Shown here in pieces: positions 1 through 10,123 of a DNA stretch of 50,912 bases. The notes beneath the pieces are model-generated. The model did no database searches. It was not told the origin of the DNA and worked only from the letters and a program-made list of their open reading frames with translations. The translations under genes were made by a program, and so were the position numbers. Numbering within the stretch: position 1 is the first letter of the stretch; every line of letters begins with the position of its first letter. The DNA lies in contig CALLXS010000117.1 of NCBI GenBank assembly GCA_937875295.1, forward strand, positions 1-50,912, given 5' to 3'. Source of the stretch: an uncultured bacterium. Lineage in GTDB: Bacteria; Bacteroidota; Ignavibacteria; Kapaibacteriales; UBA2268.

Positions 1-193
1 AATTAATTAAGTTACAATAAATATTATTTTTTTTCAATTTATATTTTACTGTAAAAATAAAAACAAAAATTATTAATTATTTTTATGGAATTAATAAAAA
101 AAGTGTTAATTTGCAATTCTATATATTGTTAAAATATATAAGAAAATCAATTTTGAAAGAAAAAAATTATATTAATAAATTTAATCAAGAAGT

Positions 194-2317
194 ATGAAAA
201 CTTACGAAACAAAAAAAATTAGGAATTTAGCTATTGCTGGGCATGCTGGCTCTGGCAAAACTACTTTATCAGAAGCTATGCTATTTAAAGCTGGAGCTAT
301 TAATCGCAAAGGAACTGTGGAAGAGCATAATACAATTTCAGATTATTATGAATTCGAACACGATAGAAATTGCTCGATTTTATCTACTCCTATGAGCATG
401 GAATATAAAGATTTTAAATTTAATGTAATAGACACTCCCGGTTATGATGACTACATTGGAGAAATGGTTACAGGAGTACGTGCTTCTGATGTTGTAATTA
501 TTACATTAAATGCAACTTCTATGTTAGAAGTAGGAACAGAAAATGCATGGCAATTTGCTGAAAAAATGAATAAGCCAGTTGTTTTCGTAATGAATAAATT
601 AGACAATGAACAAGTCGATTTTAATAAAAATGTTGAAGAATTAAAAGAACGATTTGGAACTTCATTAGCTTTCGTCCAATATCCTGGGAATCATGGAGCA
701 GGTTTTAATATAATAAATGATGTATTAAAAGGAAAAACATATACTTTTAATGATAATGGTGATGCTACTGAAAGCGATATTACTAAAGATGATAATTATA
801 ATAAATTCCATAGCGAATTAATGGAATCAGTAGCAGAGACTAACGAAGACTTAATGAATAAATATTTCGATGCTGGAGAATTGACTGACGAAGAAATGAA
901 AAATGGTTTAAAAACTGCTATTATTTCAAGACAAATATTCCCTGTATTGATCACTTCTGCTCGCTCAAATGCTGGCATTCAGACTTTATTCCAATTTATT
1001 ATGGATTATTGCCCAGCACCAGACGAAGTTCCAAATGAAACAACTGTTGATGGAACTGATGTAAAAGTTGATGCTAAAGCACCTGTGTCATTATTTATTT
1101 ATAAAATGATTTCTGAAGCTAATTTGGGTGAAATGTATTATTTCAAGGTTATGTCTGGTACTTTAAAACCGGGACTTGATTTAATAAATGAACAAAAAAA
1201 TGCAACTGAAAGAATTAATCAATTCTTTGTAATTAATGGCAAGAAAAGAACAGAAGTAGATGCTCTTTATGCTGGAGATTGGGGTGCAGCAGTGAAATTA
1301 AAATCTTCTCAAATGAATCACACTTTACATGAAAAAGCATTAGCTGTAGCTTTTGAAGCAAATAAATATCCAAATCCAAAAGTAAGAACTGCTATTTCTC
1401 CAAAGACTAAAGGCGAAGAAGAAAAAATGGGTATGGCTCTTAATGCTATTCATAATGAAGATCCTACATTGTTAATTGAACATTCTCAAGAGCTTAGACA
1501 AACTATTTTGCAAGCTCAAGGCGACTTGCACTTAGGAGCAATAAAATGGAGATTACAAAATAGATATAAAGTAGATGCAGAATTCTTAGAGCCACGAGTA
1601 CCATATAGAGAGACAATTCAAAAACAAGTACGTGGTAGCTATAGACATAAAAAACAATCTGGTGGTGCTGGTCAATTTGCAGAAGTTCATATGTTAATTG
1701 AACCTTACACTGAAAATGCTCCAAATCCAACTGGAATCACTGTTCGCGGAAAAGAATTAATTGATCTAGATTGGGGTGGAAAACTTGAATATATGAATTG
1801 TATCGTAGGTGGTGTGATAGATGCTCGTTTTATGCCTGCTATTCTTAAAGGTGTAATGGAGAAAATGCAATTCGGTCCATTGACTGGTTCTTATGTAAGA
1901 GATATAAGAGTAGCAATTTATGACGGTAAAATGCACCCAGTAGATTCTAATGAAGCCGCATTTAAAACTGCTTCTATGAATGTATTTAAAGATAATTTCA
2001 CTCAAGCTAGTCCTAAATTGCTTGAACCAATTTACAACGTAAGCGTAAGAGTACCTGAGGATTTCGTAGGTGATGTAATGAGCGATTTACCAAGTAGAAG
2101 AGGTGTAATTTTAGGCGTTGAAAGTGAAGGCAGATACCAAATTATTAATGCTAGAATGCCTCTTGCAGAATTAGATAAATATGCCGCAGGTCTAAGAGCA
2201 ATGACTCAAGGAAAAGCATCATACTCTTCAGAATATGCTGAATATCAGTTAGTTCCACCAAATGTACAACAAGAATTAATTGATGCTTATAAAAAACAAC
2301 AACAAGATGAAGAATAA
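194..2317 (+). CDS. fusA2: Elongation factor G paralog (EF-G2 / EFG-II type)
   Basis: 707 aa. P-loop GHAGSGKTT, G3 DTPGY, G4 NKLD. Domain IV/V motifs PRVPYRETI, KKQSGGAGQF, H-x-VDS and LLEPIY. Switch I is RNCSI rather than RGITI, and the gene is not in an rpsL-rpsG-fusA-tuf context, so it is a paralog. Confidence 0.92.
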   Translation: MKTYETKKIRNLAIAGHAGSGKTTLSEAMLFKAGAINRKGTVEEHNTISDYYEFEHDRNCSILSTPMSMEYKDFKFNVIDTPGYDDYIGEMVTGVRASDVVIITLNATSMLEVGTENAWQFAEKMNKPVVFVMNKLDNEQVDFNKNVEELKERFGTSLAFVQYPGNHGAGFNIINDVLKGKTYTFNDNGDATESDITKDDNYNKFHSELMESVAETNEDLMNKYFDAGELTDEEMKNGLKTAIISRQIFPVLITSARSNAGIQTLFQFIMDYCPAPDEVPNETTVDGTDVKVDAKAPVSLFIYKMISEANLGEMYYFKVMSGTLKPGLDLINEQKNATERINQFFVINGKKRTEVDALYAGDWGAAVKLKSSQMNHTLHEKALAVAFEANKYPNPKVRTAISPKTKGEEEKMGMALNAIHNEDPTLLIEHSQELRQTILQAQGDLHLGAIKWRLQNRYKVDAEFLEPRVPYRETIQKQVRGSYRHKKQSGGAGQFAEVHMLIEPYTENAPNPTGITVRGKELIDLDWGGKLEYMNCIVGGVIDARFMPAILKGVMEKMQFGPLTGSYVRDIRVAIYDGKMHPVDSNEAAFKTASMNVFKDNFTQASPKLLEPIYNVSVRVPEDFVGDVMSDLPSRRGVILGVESEGRYQIINARMPLAELDKYAAGLRAMTQGKASYSSEYAEYQLVPPNVQQELIDAYKKQQQDEE

Positions 2318-2350
2318 TATCATTAATTTTGTAGAATAATTGAAAATATT

Positions 2351-2386
2351 TAAATCCCTTCTACCTTTATGAGTAAAAGGGATTTA
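2351..2386 (+). terminator. Stem-loop after fusA2 (probable intrinsic terminator or mRNA-stabilising hairpin)
   Basis: TAAATCCCTT (2351-2360) is the reverse complement of AAGGGATTTA (2377-2386). The U-tract is weak. Confidence 0.6.
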
Positions 2387-2408
2387 ATGTATTTATTGAC
2401 TTTATTAC

Positions 2409-5400
2409 ATGAAAACAAGAGAACAAAAATTAGCTAATACTATTGATAGACATATCTCTGTAACTGCAAATGCTGGATCAGGGAAGACTACAGTACTTGT
2501 CGATAGATACTTAAGATTAATAATTGATAATCAAAATGGTCATCAGCCAGTAGATCCTAAAGATATTACTGCTATAACTTTTACTCGTCTTGCTGCTACA
2601 GAAATGACAGAGAGAATAATAAGCAAGATAAATAAAAAAATTGATGAATCTAAAGATGAAAATGAAATTTTAGAGCTTTCTAATATTAGATTAAAGCTTG
2701 CAAATGCGAATATTTCTACTATTCATAGCTTCTGTGGAAGAATTCTACGAGAATATCCTATTGAGGCAGGAGTGCCTCCAAGTTTTACGGAACTCACCGG
2801 AGCAGAACAAGTACTTATCCAACAGCAATCAATTAGCGAAATAATTGACGATTGCTTATTCCAAATAGATGCGAATGATTCAACTGAATATTTAGATGTA
2901 AAGAGTTTAATTTTTGCTATAGGTGGAATAAAGAATTTAGAAGAAGCATTAAATATTATAATAGACAAAAGAAGTGATTTTAGCAAAGCTAAGCAGTTAT
3001 ATAATGATGAAAATAATTTTGAAGAAAATTTCTTAAAAGATTTTTTTGAAAAAATTGCAAATTTTATTCGAATTTTTGTTGAAAAGTTTAAAAGAATTGT
3101 TGATAATTTAAGCATTCCATCAGACAAAAATAAAAAATATTTCTTGAAATCAGAATTAGAAATAATAATTTCCTATGCTGAAAATATATTGGAATTATCA
3201 ACTTTACCTAACTTTATTGAGGCTTATAATAAAATTACAGATGCTTTAATTCATTTAAAATCTATATTATATGATGGCAATTTAAGGATATTTAACCAAA
3301 ATAATAAGTTTAATGTAAAATTCAATAATACAATATGTGATGACATTTATGAAACCGAATTATTATTTGATACATTAAAAGAATTTTTTAATTTAATTGA
3401 AAATTCTATATATAATGAAGAGCAAATAAAATTAGCAAAGATATTAATCAATTTAGGCGATAAAGCAATTGATAAATATACTCAAATTAAGCGTAAAGCA
3501 GAAGTACTGGATTTCGATGATTTAATTATTCTTACAAATGAATTATTTCAAAATAATCAAGATGTAGTTGACTCTATTAGGAAGAAAATAAAATATTTAA
3601 TGGTTGATGAATTCCAGGATACGGACTCATTGCAATTTTCTATTATTAAAAAAATAATGTATGATATAGATGATGAGAAATTGGATTATACTAATAATTT
3701 GTTCATTGTAGGAGATCCGAAACAAAGTATTTATGGGTTCCGCGGGGCTGATGTAAATGTATTTAGCAAAGCAAAGGAATTTATAAAACATGCTAATATT
3801 AGAAGAATCAATCAAGGAGAAATAAAAGACAAAGTAAAATATGAGAATGAGATTATCACCTTATATCAAGGAGATGATTCATCTGAAAAATACGGAAATA
3901 TATCTTTGACTGCTACATTTAGAACAAAACCGGAAATTTCTATTTTTATAAATAAAATATGTAATTTTGCCTTTGACTTAGAACAAGTAGAAGATTTATT
4001 TGAATCAAATTTTACAGATAAAAAAAATCAACACACTAATAAAGTAGTTTATGATAATTTAATTACTGCAAAAAATGCAAATGAATTTATTGAGTATTTT
4101 AATAATAATGATAATGACAATGATGAATTTAAAAACCTAAAAGGAAATGTAGTTTTATTATTAACAGGTGTGACAAATTATGAAGAAGAGACAAATGATG
4201 AAAGCGAAATAGAGATTGATGAAATTCAGAAAAATAATTATATTGTAAATGAAAATGAATTAATTGCTGATTATATTATTAACAATATAAATAGTGGAAA
4301 ATATAATTTTAAAGATTTTGCAGTGTTGTGCAGGGAGAAGAAATATTTAGGAAGATTATCAGTTACTTTGATTGAGAGAGGAATACCATTTAAAAATCAT
4401 AGTGGTGGAGGTTTCTTTAATTTACCTGAGATACTTGATATAATATCATTGTTAAAATTTATTTCAGATAATAATGATGATGTTGCTTTTTTGACAGTAT
4501 TGAAATCGAGTTTTTGTGGTTTTGATAGCACTGATTTGTATATTATATCTCAATCAAAATCTAAAACTGCAATTAATTATTATTCAAGGATGATTGAAAT
4601 AGTAGAGGAATATAAAAATAAATTACCGGAGTTAAGTGAAGATTTTATAAAAAGAATAGAAAAATATATGCTAACGCTTAGTATATTTAAAGAACTTATA
4701 GATTTTAAATTAGAATTAACTCCTGCACTTTTAATTACTAAAGCATTTGAAAAGTTTAATTGGTATAAAACCATTAAGAATAGTCCTCAATATCAAAGAA
4801 TTAAATTTAATTCTGAAAAATTACTCGATATAGCTAGAAAATCTATGGAAAAAGGTTTTAAGAATTTATATGATTTTGTAAACGAATTAGATTTCATGAA
4901 GGAAAATTATTCAAAAGAACCGGAAGCGACTATAATATCAGATGACGACCAAGTAAATCTAATGACAATTCATGCTTCTAAAGGCTTAGAGTTTAAAAAT
5001 GTCATAATTTTAGCAACAAATATACCTCTTAGTTATAAAACTGGCAAAATAACGCTTGATGAAAATTATGGGATTAATTTCACCTTCAATTCATTAGATG
5101 TTAAGAATGATAAAAATATTGAAAACGTTAAATCAACTCTACTAAAATTATCTGAAATTTCTTATAAGCAGAAAAAAATCCAAGAAGAAAAAAGAGTAAT
5201 GTATGTAGCAATGACAAGAGCTGAAGAAAACCTAATTATGACTTCAAATATGAATGTTAATAATAAAAATGAGATATTAAACCCTAGAAAAAATACTATA
5301 TTAGATTATGTATTACGAGCTTGCAATATTGATTTATCATATTATGCAAATACTGAAAAAAATACTTTAGAATTTTTGACAGATACTAAATTATTAAGCA

Positions 5401-6329
5401 GTAGTAATATGAGCTTTGATGTCAAGGAAATAAAAAATTACCCACTTAAAATTGAATTATTATTAAAAAAAGATTTAAATGATAATAATAATAGATTTTT
5501 TAAAGCTCAGAATTCCATAGCACAAAGCAATCCAATGAATTTTCCGCAAGCATTAGATAGTTATATTAGAGGTGAATCCATTTCCGCAACTAGGATGATG
5601 AATTATTCTAAAGATCAGAATGATTATACAATACGGTATATATTAGGTTTCCCTGATAATTTTAAGGTTATAAATGATGATAATTCTGATACTAATATTG
5701 AATATTTTAGAGATAATATAATTACTCCTCTAGATTTTGGAAATAGTGTGCATTCTATTTTTGAAAAAATTAATAATTGGTATAAGCAAAATTCAATTAT
5801 TGAAGATGAATTACATACTATAATTATGAATTCACTTAGAAATTTATCATTAAAAGATAATCATGATACAATTGATGAAATTAAATTAATTGTAAAAAGT
5901 GTGATTGCATCGAAAGTATTTGATGATTATGACTTAGAAAATTCAAAATCTGAATTTAATGTAAATTATGTAATCGGCGAGAACTTTATAAATAGTATTA
6001 TTGATTTAGTAATTCAACATAAAGATGGTGAGTATGAAATTTGGGACTGGAAAACTAATAAGATTAATAATAATATTAAAGATTTGGTCGATAAATATCA
6101 ACATCAAATGCACTTTTATGCTTATTTTTTGTATAAATTATATCCAAATCAAAAAACTTATAAATCAAAGTTATTATTTGTTCGTCAATCAATTAACGCA
6201 TTAGATAATAATGATTGGATAGTTGAATTACATTGGACCAATGAAGAATTGAAATCTTATGAAGAGAATTTACCTAATGAAATTAAAGAAATCACAAATT
6301 ACCCATTTTTAAATAGAGAAAGAGATTAA
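2409..6329 (+). CDS. addA: UvrD/AddA-family ATP-dependent helicase with C-terminal PD-(D/E)XK nuclease
   Basis: SF1 motifs ANAGSGKT, TFT, STIHSFC, VDEFQDT, VGDPKQSIYGFRGA, MTIHASKGLEF and EEKRVMYVAMTRA. C-terminal RecB-like nuclease: FGNSVH...IIDLV...IWDWKT...QMHFY. Confidence 0.85.
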   Translation: MKTREQKLANTIDRHISVTANAGSGKTTVLVDRYLRLIIDNQNGHQPVDPKDITAITFTRLAATEMTERIISKINKKIDESKDENEILELSNIRLKLANANISTIHSFCGRILREYPIEAGVPPSFTELTGAEQVLIQQQSISEIIDDCLFQIDANDSTEYLDVKSLIFAIGGIKNLEEALNIIIDKRSDFSKAKQLYNDENNFEENFLKDFFEKIANFIRIFVEKFKRIVDNLSIPSDKNKKYFLKSELEIIISYAENILELSTLPNFIEAYNKITDALIHLKSILYDGNLRIFNQNNKFNVKFNNTICDDIYETELLFDTLKEFFNLIENSIYNEEQIKLAKILINLGDKAIDKYTQIKRKAEVLDFDDLIILTNELFQNNQDVVDSIRKKIKYLMVDEFQDTDSLQFSIIKKIMYDIDDEKLDYTNNLFIVGDPKQSIYGFRGADVNVFSKAKEFIKHANIRRINQGEIKDKVKYENEIITLYQGDDSSEKYGNISLTATFRTKPEISIFINKICNFAFDLEQVEDLFESNFTDKKNQHTNKVVYDNLITAKNANEFIEYFNNNDNDNDEFKNLKGNVVLLLTGVTNYEEETNDESEIEIDEIQKNNYIVNENELIADYIINNINSGKYNFKDFAVLCREKKYLGRLSVTLIERGIPFKNHSGGGFFNLPEILDIISLLKFISDNNDDVAFLTVLKSSFCGFDSTDLYIISQSKSKTAINYYSRMIEIVEEYKNKLPELSEDFIKRIEKYMLTLSIFKELIDFKLELTPALLITKAFEKFNWYKTIKNSPQYQRIKFNSEKLLDIARKSMEKGFKNLYDFVNELDFMKENYSKEPEATIISDDDQVNLMTIHASKGLEFKNVIILATNIPLSYKTGKITLDENYGINFTFNSLDVKNDKNIENVKSTLLKLSEISYKQKKIQEEKRVMYVAMTRAEENLIMTSNMNVNNKNEILNPRKNTILDYVLRACNIDLSYYANTEKNTLEFLTDTKLLSSSNMSFDVKEIKNYPLKIELLLKKDLNDNNNRFFKAQNSIAQSNPMNFPQALDSYIRGESISATRMMNYSKDQNDYTIRYILGFPDNFKVINDDNSDTNIEYFRDNIITPLDFGNSVHSIFEKINNWYKQNSIIEDELHTIIMNSLRNLSLKDNHDTIDEIKLIVKSVIASKVFDDYDLENSKSEFNVNYVIGENFINSIIDLVIQHKDGEYEIWDWKTNKINNNIKDLVDKYQHQMHFYAYFLYKLYPNQKTYKSKLLFVRQSINALDNNDWIVELHWTNEELKSYEENLPNEIKEITNYPFLNRERD

Positions 6330-6331
6330 GT

Positions 6332-6739
6332 ATGTTCGAGTACAAACACTTTGTAAAATTAGCAGATACAGATTCAGCAGGAGTATTGTTTTTTGCTAAT
6401 CAATTTAGAATTATACATTATGCCTTTGAGACGTTTCTACATGATAATGGAATTTCTGTAAGAAATATGCTTTACAACGACAATTGTTCTTTACCACTTA
6501 CTCACGCTGAAGCTGATTTTAATCTTCCTATCCACGTGAGCGATGAGCTTGTAATAAGAATAAGTGTAAATGAATATTCTAAAACTTCATTTACTCTTTT
6601 ATATACAATTAATAATAAATTCGGTCTTTGTGGTACAGCAAAGACAGTTCATTTTGCAATGGACTTAAATAATGGAAATAAAACCAATTTACCAGATTAT
6701 ATTTTTGAATTATTACATAAATATTATTCAAACGAATAA
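6332..6739 (+). CDS. Hotdog-fold acyl-CoA thioesterase (4HBT family; resembles 1,4-dihydroxy-2-naphthoyl-CoA hydrolases)
   Basis: 135 aa with the DTDSAGVLFFAN motif and an AEADF...P segment typical of 4HBT-I thioesterases. Confidence 0.8.
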   Translation: MFEYKHFVKLADTDSAGVLFFANQFRIIHYAFETFLHDNGISVRNMLYNDNCSLPLTHAEADFNLPIHVSDELVIRISVNEYSKTSFTLLYTINNKFGLCGTAKTVHFAMDLNNGNKTNLPDYIFELLHKYYSNE

Positions 6740-6751
6740 ATTATTTACTTT

Positions 6752-7468
6752 ATGAATTACTTGTTTTTATTTGATATTGATGGTACTATATTAAAATTAA
6801 AGCAATATCACTCTAAATCAATTTTTAGAAAATGCCTAAAAAATGTTTATTCAATTGATATTGCTGAAGAACTTATGCCAAATTTTTCGGGAATGACTGA
6901 TTTAAAAATATTAGATTGCATTTGTGAAAAATTAAATATTGATAGTACCCAACTTACTAGTAAAATTCAAGAATTCTGGGATGCATTGATATTGGAGTTT
7001 AAGCAAGATAGTGTGAAAGAAAATATAATTATCCTACCTGAAATTGAGAACCTAATAAAATGGTTAGATTCAGACGAAAACTACTATTTAGGCTTAGTTA
7101 CAGGTAATTTCAAAGCTAATGCATATCTAAAATTAGAAACATTTAATTTGCATAATTACTTTGAAATAGGTGCTTTTGGGTGTGAATATGCTGATAGAAA
7201 TTTATTACCAAAATTAGCGATTAATAGAGCAAATGAACTATGGGGAAATAAATTCGATGTTACTAATTCAATAATAATTGGTGATTCCCCTAATGATATT
7301 ATTTGTTCCAAAAATAATAGTATTTTCTCAGTAGCTGTATGTACTGGATTTCATTCAATGCAAGAATTAAATGAATTTCAACCTGATATTATTTACGAAG
7401 ATTTTAATAATTTCAAAATAAAAATAAATGAAATTATAACTAAACTTAATTTTAAAAATGGACACTAA
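6752..7468 (+). CDS. HAD-superfamily hydrolase (phosphoglycolate phosphatase-like)
   Basis: Motif I FDIDGT, motif II VTGN, motif IV IGDSPND. Confidence 0.88.
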   Translation: MNYLFLFDIDGTILKLKQYHSKSIFRKCLKNVYSIDIAEELMPNFSGMTDLKILDCICEKLNIDSTQLTSKIQEFWDALILEFKQDSVKENIIILPEIENLIKWLDSDENYYLGLVTGNFKANAYLKLETFNLHNYFEIGAFGCEYADRNLLPKLAINRANELWGNKFDVTNSIIIGDSPNDIICSKNNSIFSVAVCTGFHSMQELNEFQPDIIYEDFNNFKIKINEIITKLNFKNGH

Positions 7469-8162
7469 TTTAGAAAATATTGCTAAAAAGATTGTCATAG
7501 CTATAGATGGTCCAGCTGGTTCTGGCAAGTCAACTACTGCTAAAATTGTAGCTGAAGCTTTAAAGTATATTTATGTCGATACCGGTGCTATGTATAGAGC
7601 AGTTACATTAGCTTGGATAAGAGAGAATAAAGAATATAACGAAGATAATATTATTGATCTTTGCAAGAATATTGATATAACTTTGGAAAATACTTCTTTA
7701 GGGCAAAGGACATTTTTAAATAAGCAAGATGTAAGTGAAGAGATTAGGTCATCGGAGGTGACACAATTAGTTTCTCCTGTGAGTGCAATTCCAAAAGTAA
7801 GAGAGATTTTAGTTGATATGCAAAGAAAAATGGGAGAAAATGGAGGGATAGTAATGGATGGTCGAGATATTGGTACAGTTGTCTTTCCTAATGCAGAATT
7901 GAAAGTATTTTTGACAGCCGATATTAAAACTAGAGCTCAAAGAAGATATAATGAAATAATTAATAAAGGTGTCAATGCTGATATTAATTCTATCGAACAG
8001 GAAATCCTAAAGAGAGATAAATACGACTCTTCGAGAGAGACGAGTCCACTTCGTCAAGCAGATGATGCTATTGAAATTGATACTTCCAATATGACATTAA
8101 GCCAGCAGGCTAACTATGTAATTGGACTTGCAAAAGCTGTAATTAATGAAATTAATGTTTAA
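7458..8162 (+). CDS. cmk: Cytidylate kinase
   Basis: IAIDGPAGSGKST, DTGAMYRA, DGRDIGTVVFP and RDKYDSSRETSPL. Overlaps the upstream gene by 11 nt. Confidence 0.97.
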   Translation: MDTNLENIAKKIVIAIDGPAGSGKSTTAKIVAEALKYIYVDTGAMYRAVTLAWIRENKEYNEDNIIDLCKNIDITLENTSLGQRTFLNKQDVSEEIRSSEVTQLVSPVSAIPKVREILVDMQRKMGENGGIVMDGRDIGTVVFPNAELKVFLTADIKTRAQRRYNEIINKGVNADINSIEQEILKRDKYDSSRETSPLRQADDAIEIDTSNMTLSQQANYVIGLAKAVINEINV

Positions 8163-8186
8163 TTTAATAATAAATAATCTTTAATA

Positions 8187-9011
8187 ATGAAAAAAATAAT
8201 TATATTGTTTATAGTGACCTTAATTACTTTATCATGCACTACTACAAAACAAAAAGAAGTGTTTGAGTGGTCTGATATGAAAGTAAGAATTGAACCAGAT
8301 ATTAATGTGATTACAAATAAAGATAATATTGAAGTTACTGTATTATTTAGCGAGCTAATTAATAACGAAATGCAAAAATCATTTATTGATAGTGTAAAAT
8401 CAATTTATTTCTTTGCATTGAGTGAAAATAAAGTATTAGATAGTACAAAAAAATCTTTTTTACAAAAAAGAAAAAATAATTTTAATGATAATATTACTTT
8501 ATGTAACCTATTTGAAAATTATAAATATAGAGTTGATTCAATTTTGCCAAAAGATTTAAACTTCAGGATAGAACTCGAAACATCAAATCAAAAATACATT
8601 AAGAACATTAAACCTGATCTAAGTTATTATATTAAAGAAGATACAAATCAAATATTAGCTCTTAATCCCTCGTATAAAATAAATGAAAATGGATATATTG
8701 AATTTAGTTTAAAAGCTAAAAGGCTTAAATCGGCTGGAGAAGAATATATACCAAATTCTGAATCATTTAGAGTAATAGTGATGGATATGAAAGGGAGGTT
8801 AGTCTTTAGTAGTAATTATATGATGAATTATTTACAAGTCATTGGGAAGGTAAGACCTTACGAAATTGGAGAAACTTACAATTATTATTTTGTATGGAAT
8901 ATGAAAGATAATTATCAAAAATCTATCCCAAAAGGTAGATATAAAGCTATTTTAACTATTCCAGCAGTACCTAAACATTATTCAAAAGAAATTAATTTTG
9001 AATTGGAATAA
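8187..9011 (+). CDS. Putative lipoprotein with C-terminal Ig-like (BsuPI/FlgD-like) domain
   Basis: Lipoprotein signal MKK-hydrophobic-TLS|C. The C-terminus FRVIVMDMKGRLVF...GETYNYYFVWNMKD...IPKGRYKAILTI resembles BsuPI-type beta-sandwich domains. Confidence 0.6.
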   Translation: MKKIIILFIVTLITLSCTTTKQKEVFEWSDMKVRIEPDINVITNKDNIEVTVLFSELINNEMQKSFIDSVKSIYFFALSENKVLDSTKKSFLQKRKNNFNDNITLCNLFENYKYRVDSILPKDLNFRIELETSNQKYIKNIKPDLSYYIKEDTNQILALNPSYKINENGYIEFSLKAKRLKSAGEEYIPNSESFRVIVMDMKGRLVFSSNYMMNYLQVIGKVRPYEIGETYNYYFVWNMKDNYQKSIPKGRYKAILTIPAVPKHYSKEINFELE

Positions 9012-9016
9012 ATAAT

Positions 9017-10123
9017 ATGCAAAATTACGAACCTTTAATGCAAAGGACTATTCAATTAGCAAAAAATGGTGCCGGATCAGTAAGTCCAAACCCATTAGTC
9101 GGAGCTATTATTACAAGGAATGGGGAGATTATAAGCGAGGGGTGGCATAAAAAATATGGAGAAATTCACGCAGAAATTGATGCAATAAATAAATCAAATA
9201 TTAATGATTTCTCTGATTGCGACCTTATAGTGAATTTAGAACCTTGCTCTCATGAAGGGCATCAACCACCCTGCGTAGATGAAATTATTAAAAGGAAATT
9301 TAGATCAGTTATAATTGGAATGAAAGACCCTAATCCTTTAGTAAATGGATTAGGAATAAAAAAATTAATAGAAAATGGAATAAATGTAATAGAAAATGTA
9401 TGCGAAGAAGATTGTAAATGCTTAAATAAAATTTTTATTAAAAATATTACATCTGAATTACCATTTGTAATCGTAAAAATTGCCTCTACTCTAGATGGAT
9501 ATATTTCTTCAGGACTTAAAAAACAAGAAATTATTACTTGTGAAAAAAGTTTAAAAGATGTACATAAGATGCGTTCTGAAGTCGATGCTGTCCTTGTTGG
9601 CAAAGGAACAATTTTAAACGACAACCCGCTATTAAATGTGCGACTTGTAGATGGTAGAAATCCAAAAAGAATTATATTAGATACTAATTTGGAATTACCA
9701 CTTGAACAAAATATCTATTTAGAAAGCAACCGAGATTTGAATTATGTGGTTGTAAATAAAAAGTCTTATAATAATAGAAAAGCTAATATATTAAAAATGA
9801 GCGAGGTTAATATAGTTGAAATAGATGGAAATGAAAGTGATAAGATAGAATTAAAAGATATTTTATCAATATTATTTAAAAAATTTAATATTGCAAGCAT
9901 CCTTGTAGAAGGTGGAGCAAAAGTATTTAAATCTTTTATTGATAGTGATTTAATGGATGAATTAATTTTATATCAAGCACCTAAATTATTAGGTCATGGT
10001 ATTAAGTATTATGAAAATCAATCTATTAATAATATCAATAATGCTCTAAAAATGAAATACATAAATTCTGAAATGCTTGGTTGTGATATTAAGATTACAT
10101 TAAGAAAAGAAATTTCTATATGA
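9017..10123 (+). CDS. ribD: Bifunctional riboflavin deaminase/reductase RibD
   Basis: SPNPLVGA, HAE and LEPCSH-PPC zinc deaminase motifs; reductase motifs DNPLL and VEGGA. Confidence 0.96.
   Translation: MQNYEPLMQRTIQLAKNGAGSVSPNPLVGAIITRNGEIISEGWHKKYGEIHAEIDAINKSNINDFSDCDLIVNLEPCSHEGHQPPCVDEIIKRKFRSVIIGMKDPNPLVNGLGIKKLIENGINVIENVCEEDCKCLNKIFIKNITSELPFVIVKIASTLDGYISSGLKKQEIITCEKSLKDVHKMRSEVDAVLVGKGTILNDNPLLNVRLVDGRNPKRIILDTNLELPLEQNIYLESNRDLNYVVVNKKSYNNRKANILKMSEVNIVEIDGNESDKIELKDILSILFKKFNIASILVEGGAKVFKSFIDSDLMDELILYQAPKLLGHGIKYYENQSINNINNALKMKYINSEMLGCDIKITLRKEISI

Noticed and set aside
120-140. TATATATT-n5-AATATATA inverted repeat upstream of fusA2
   Set aside because: Pure A/T low-complexity arms; cannot be distinguished from background.
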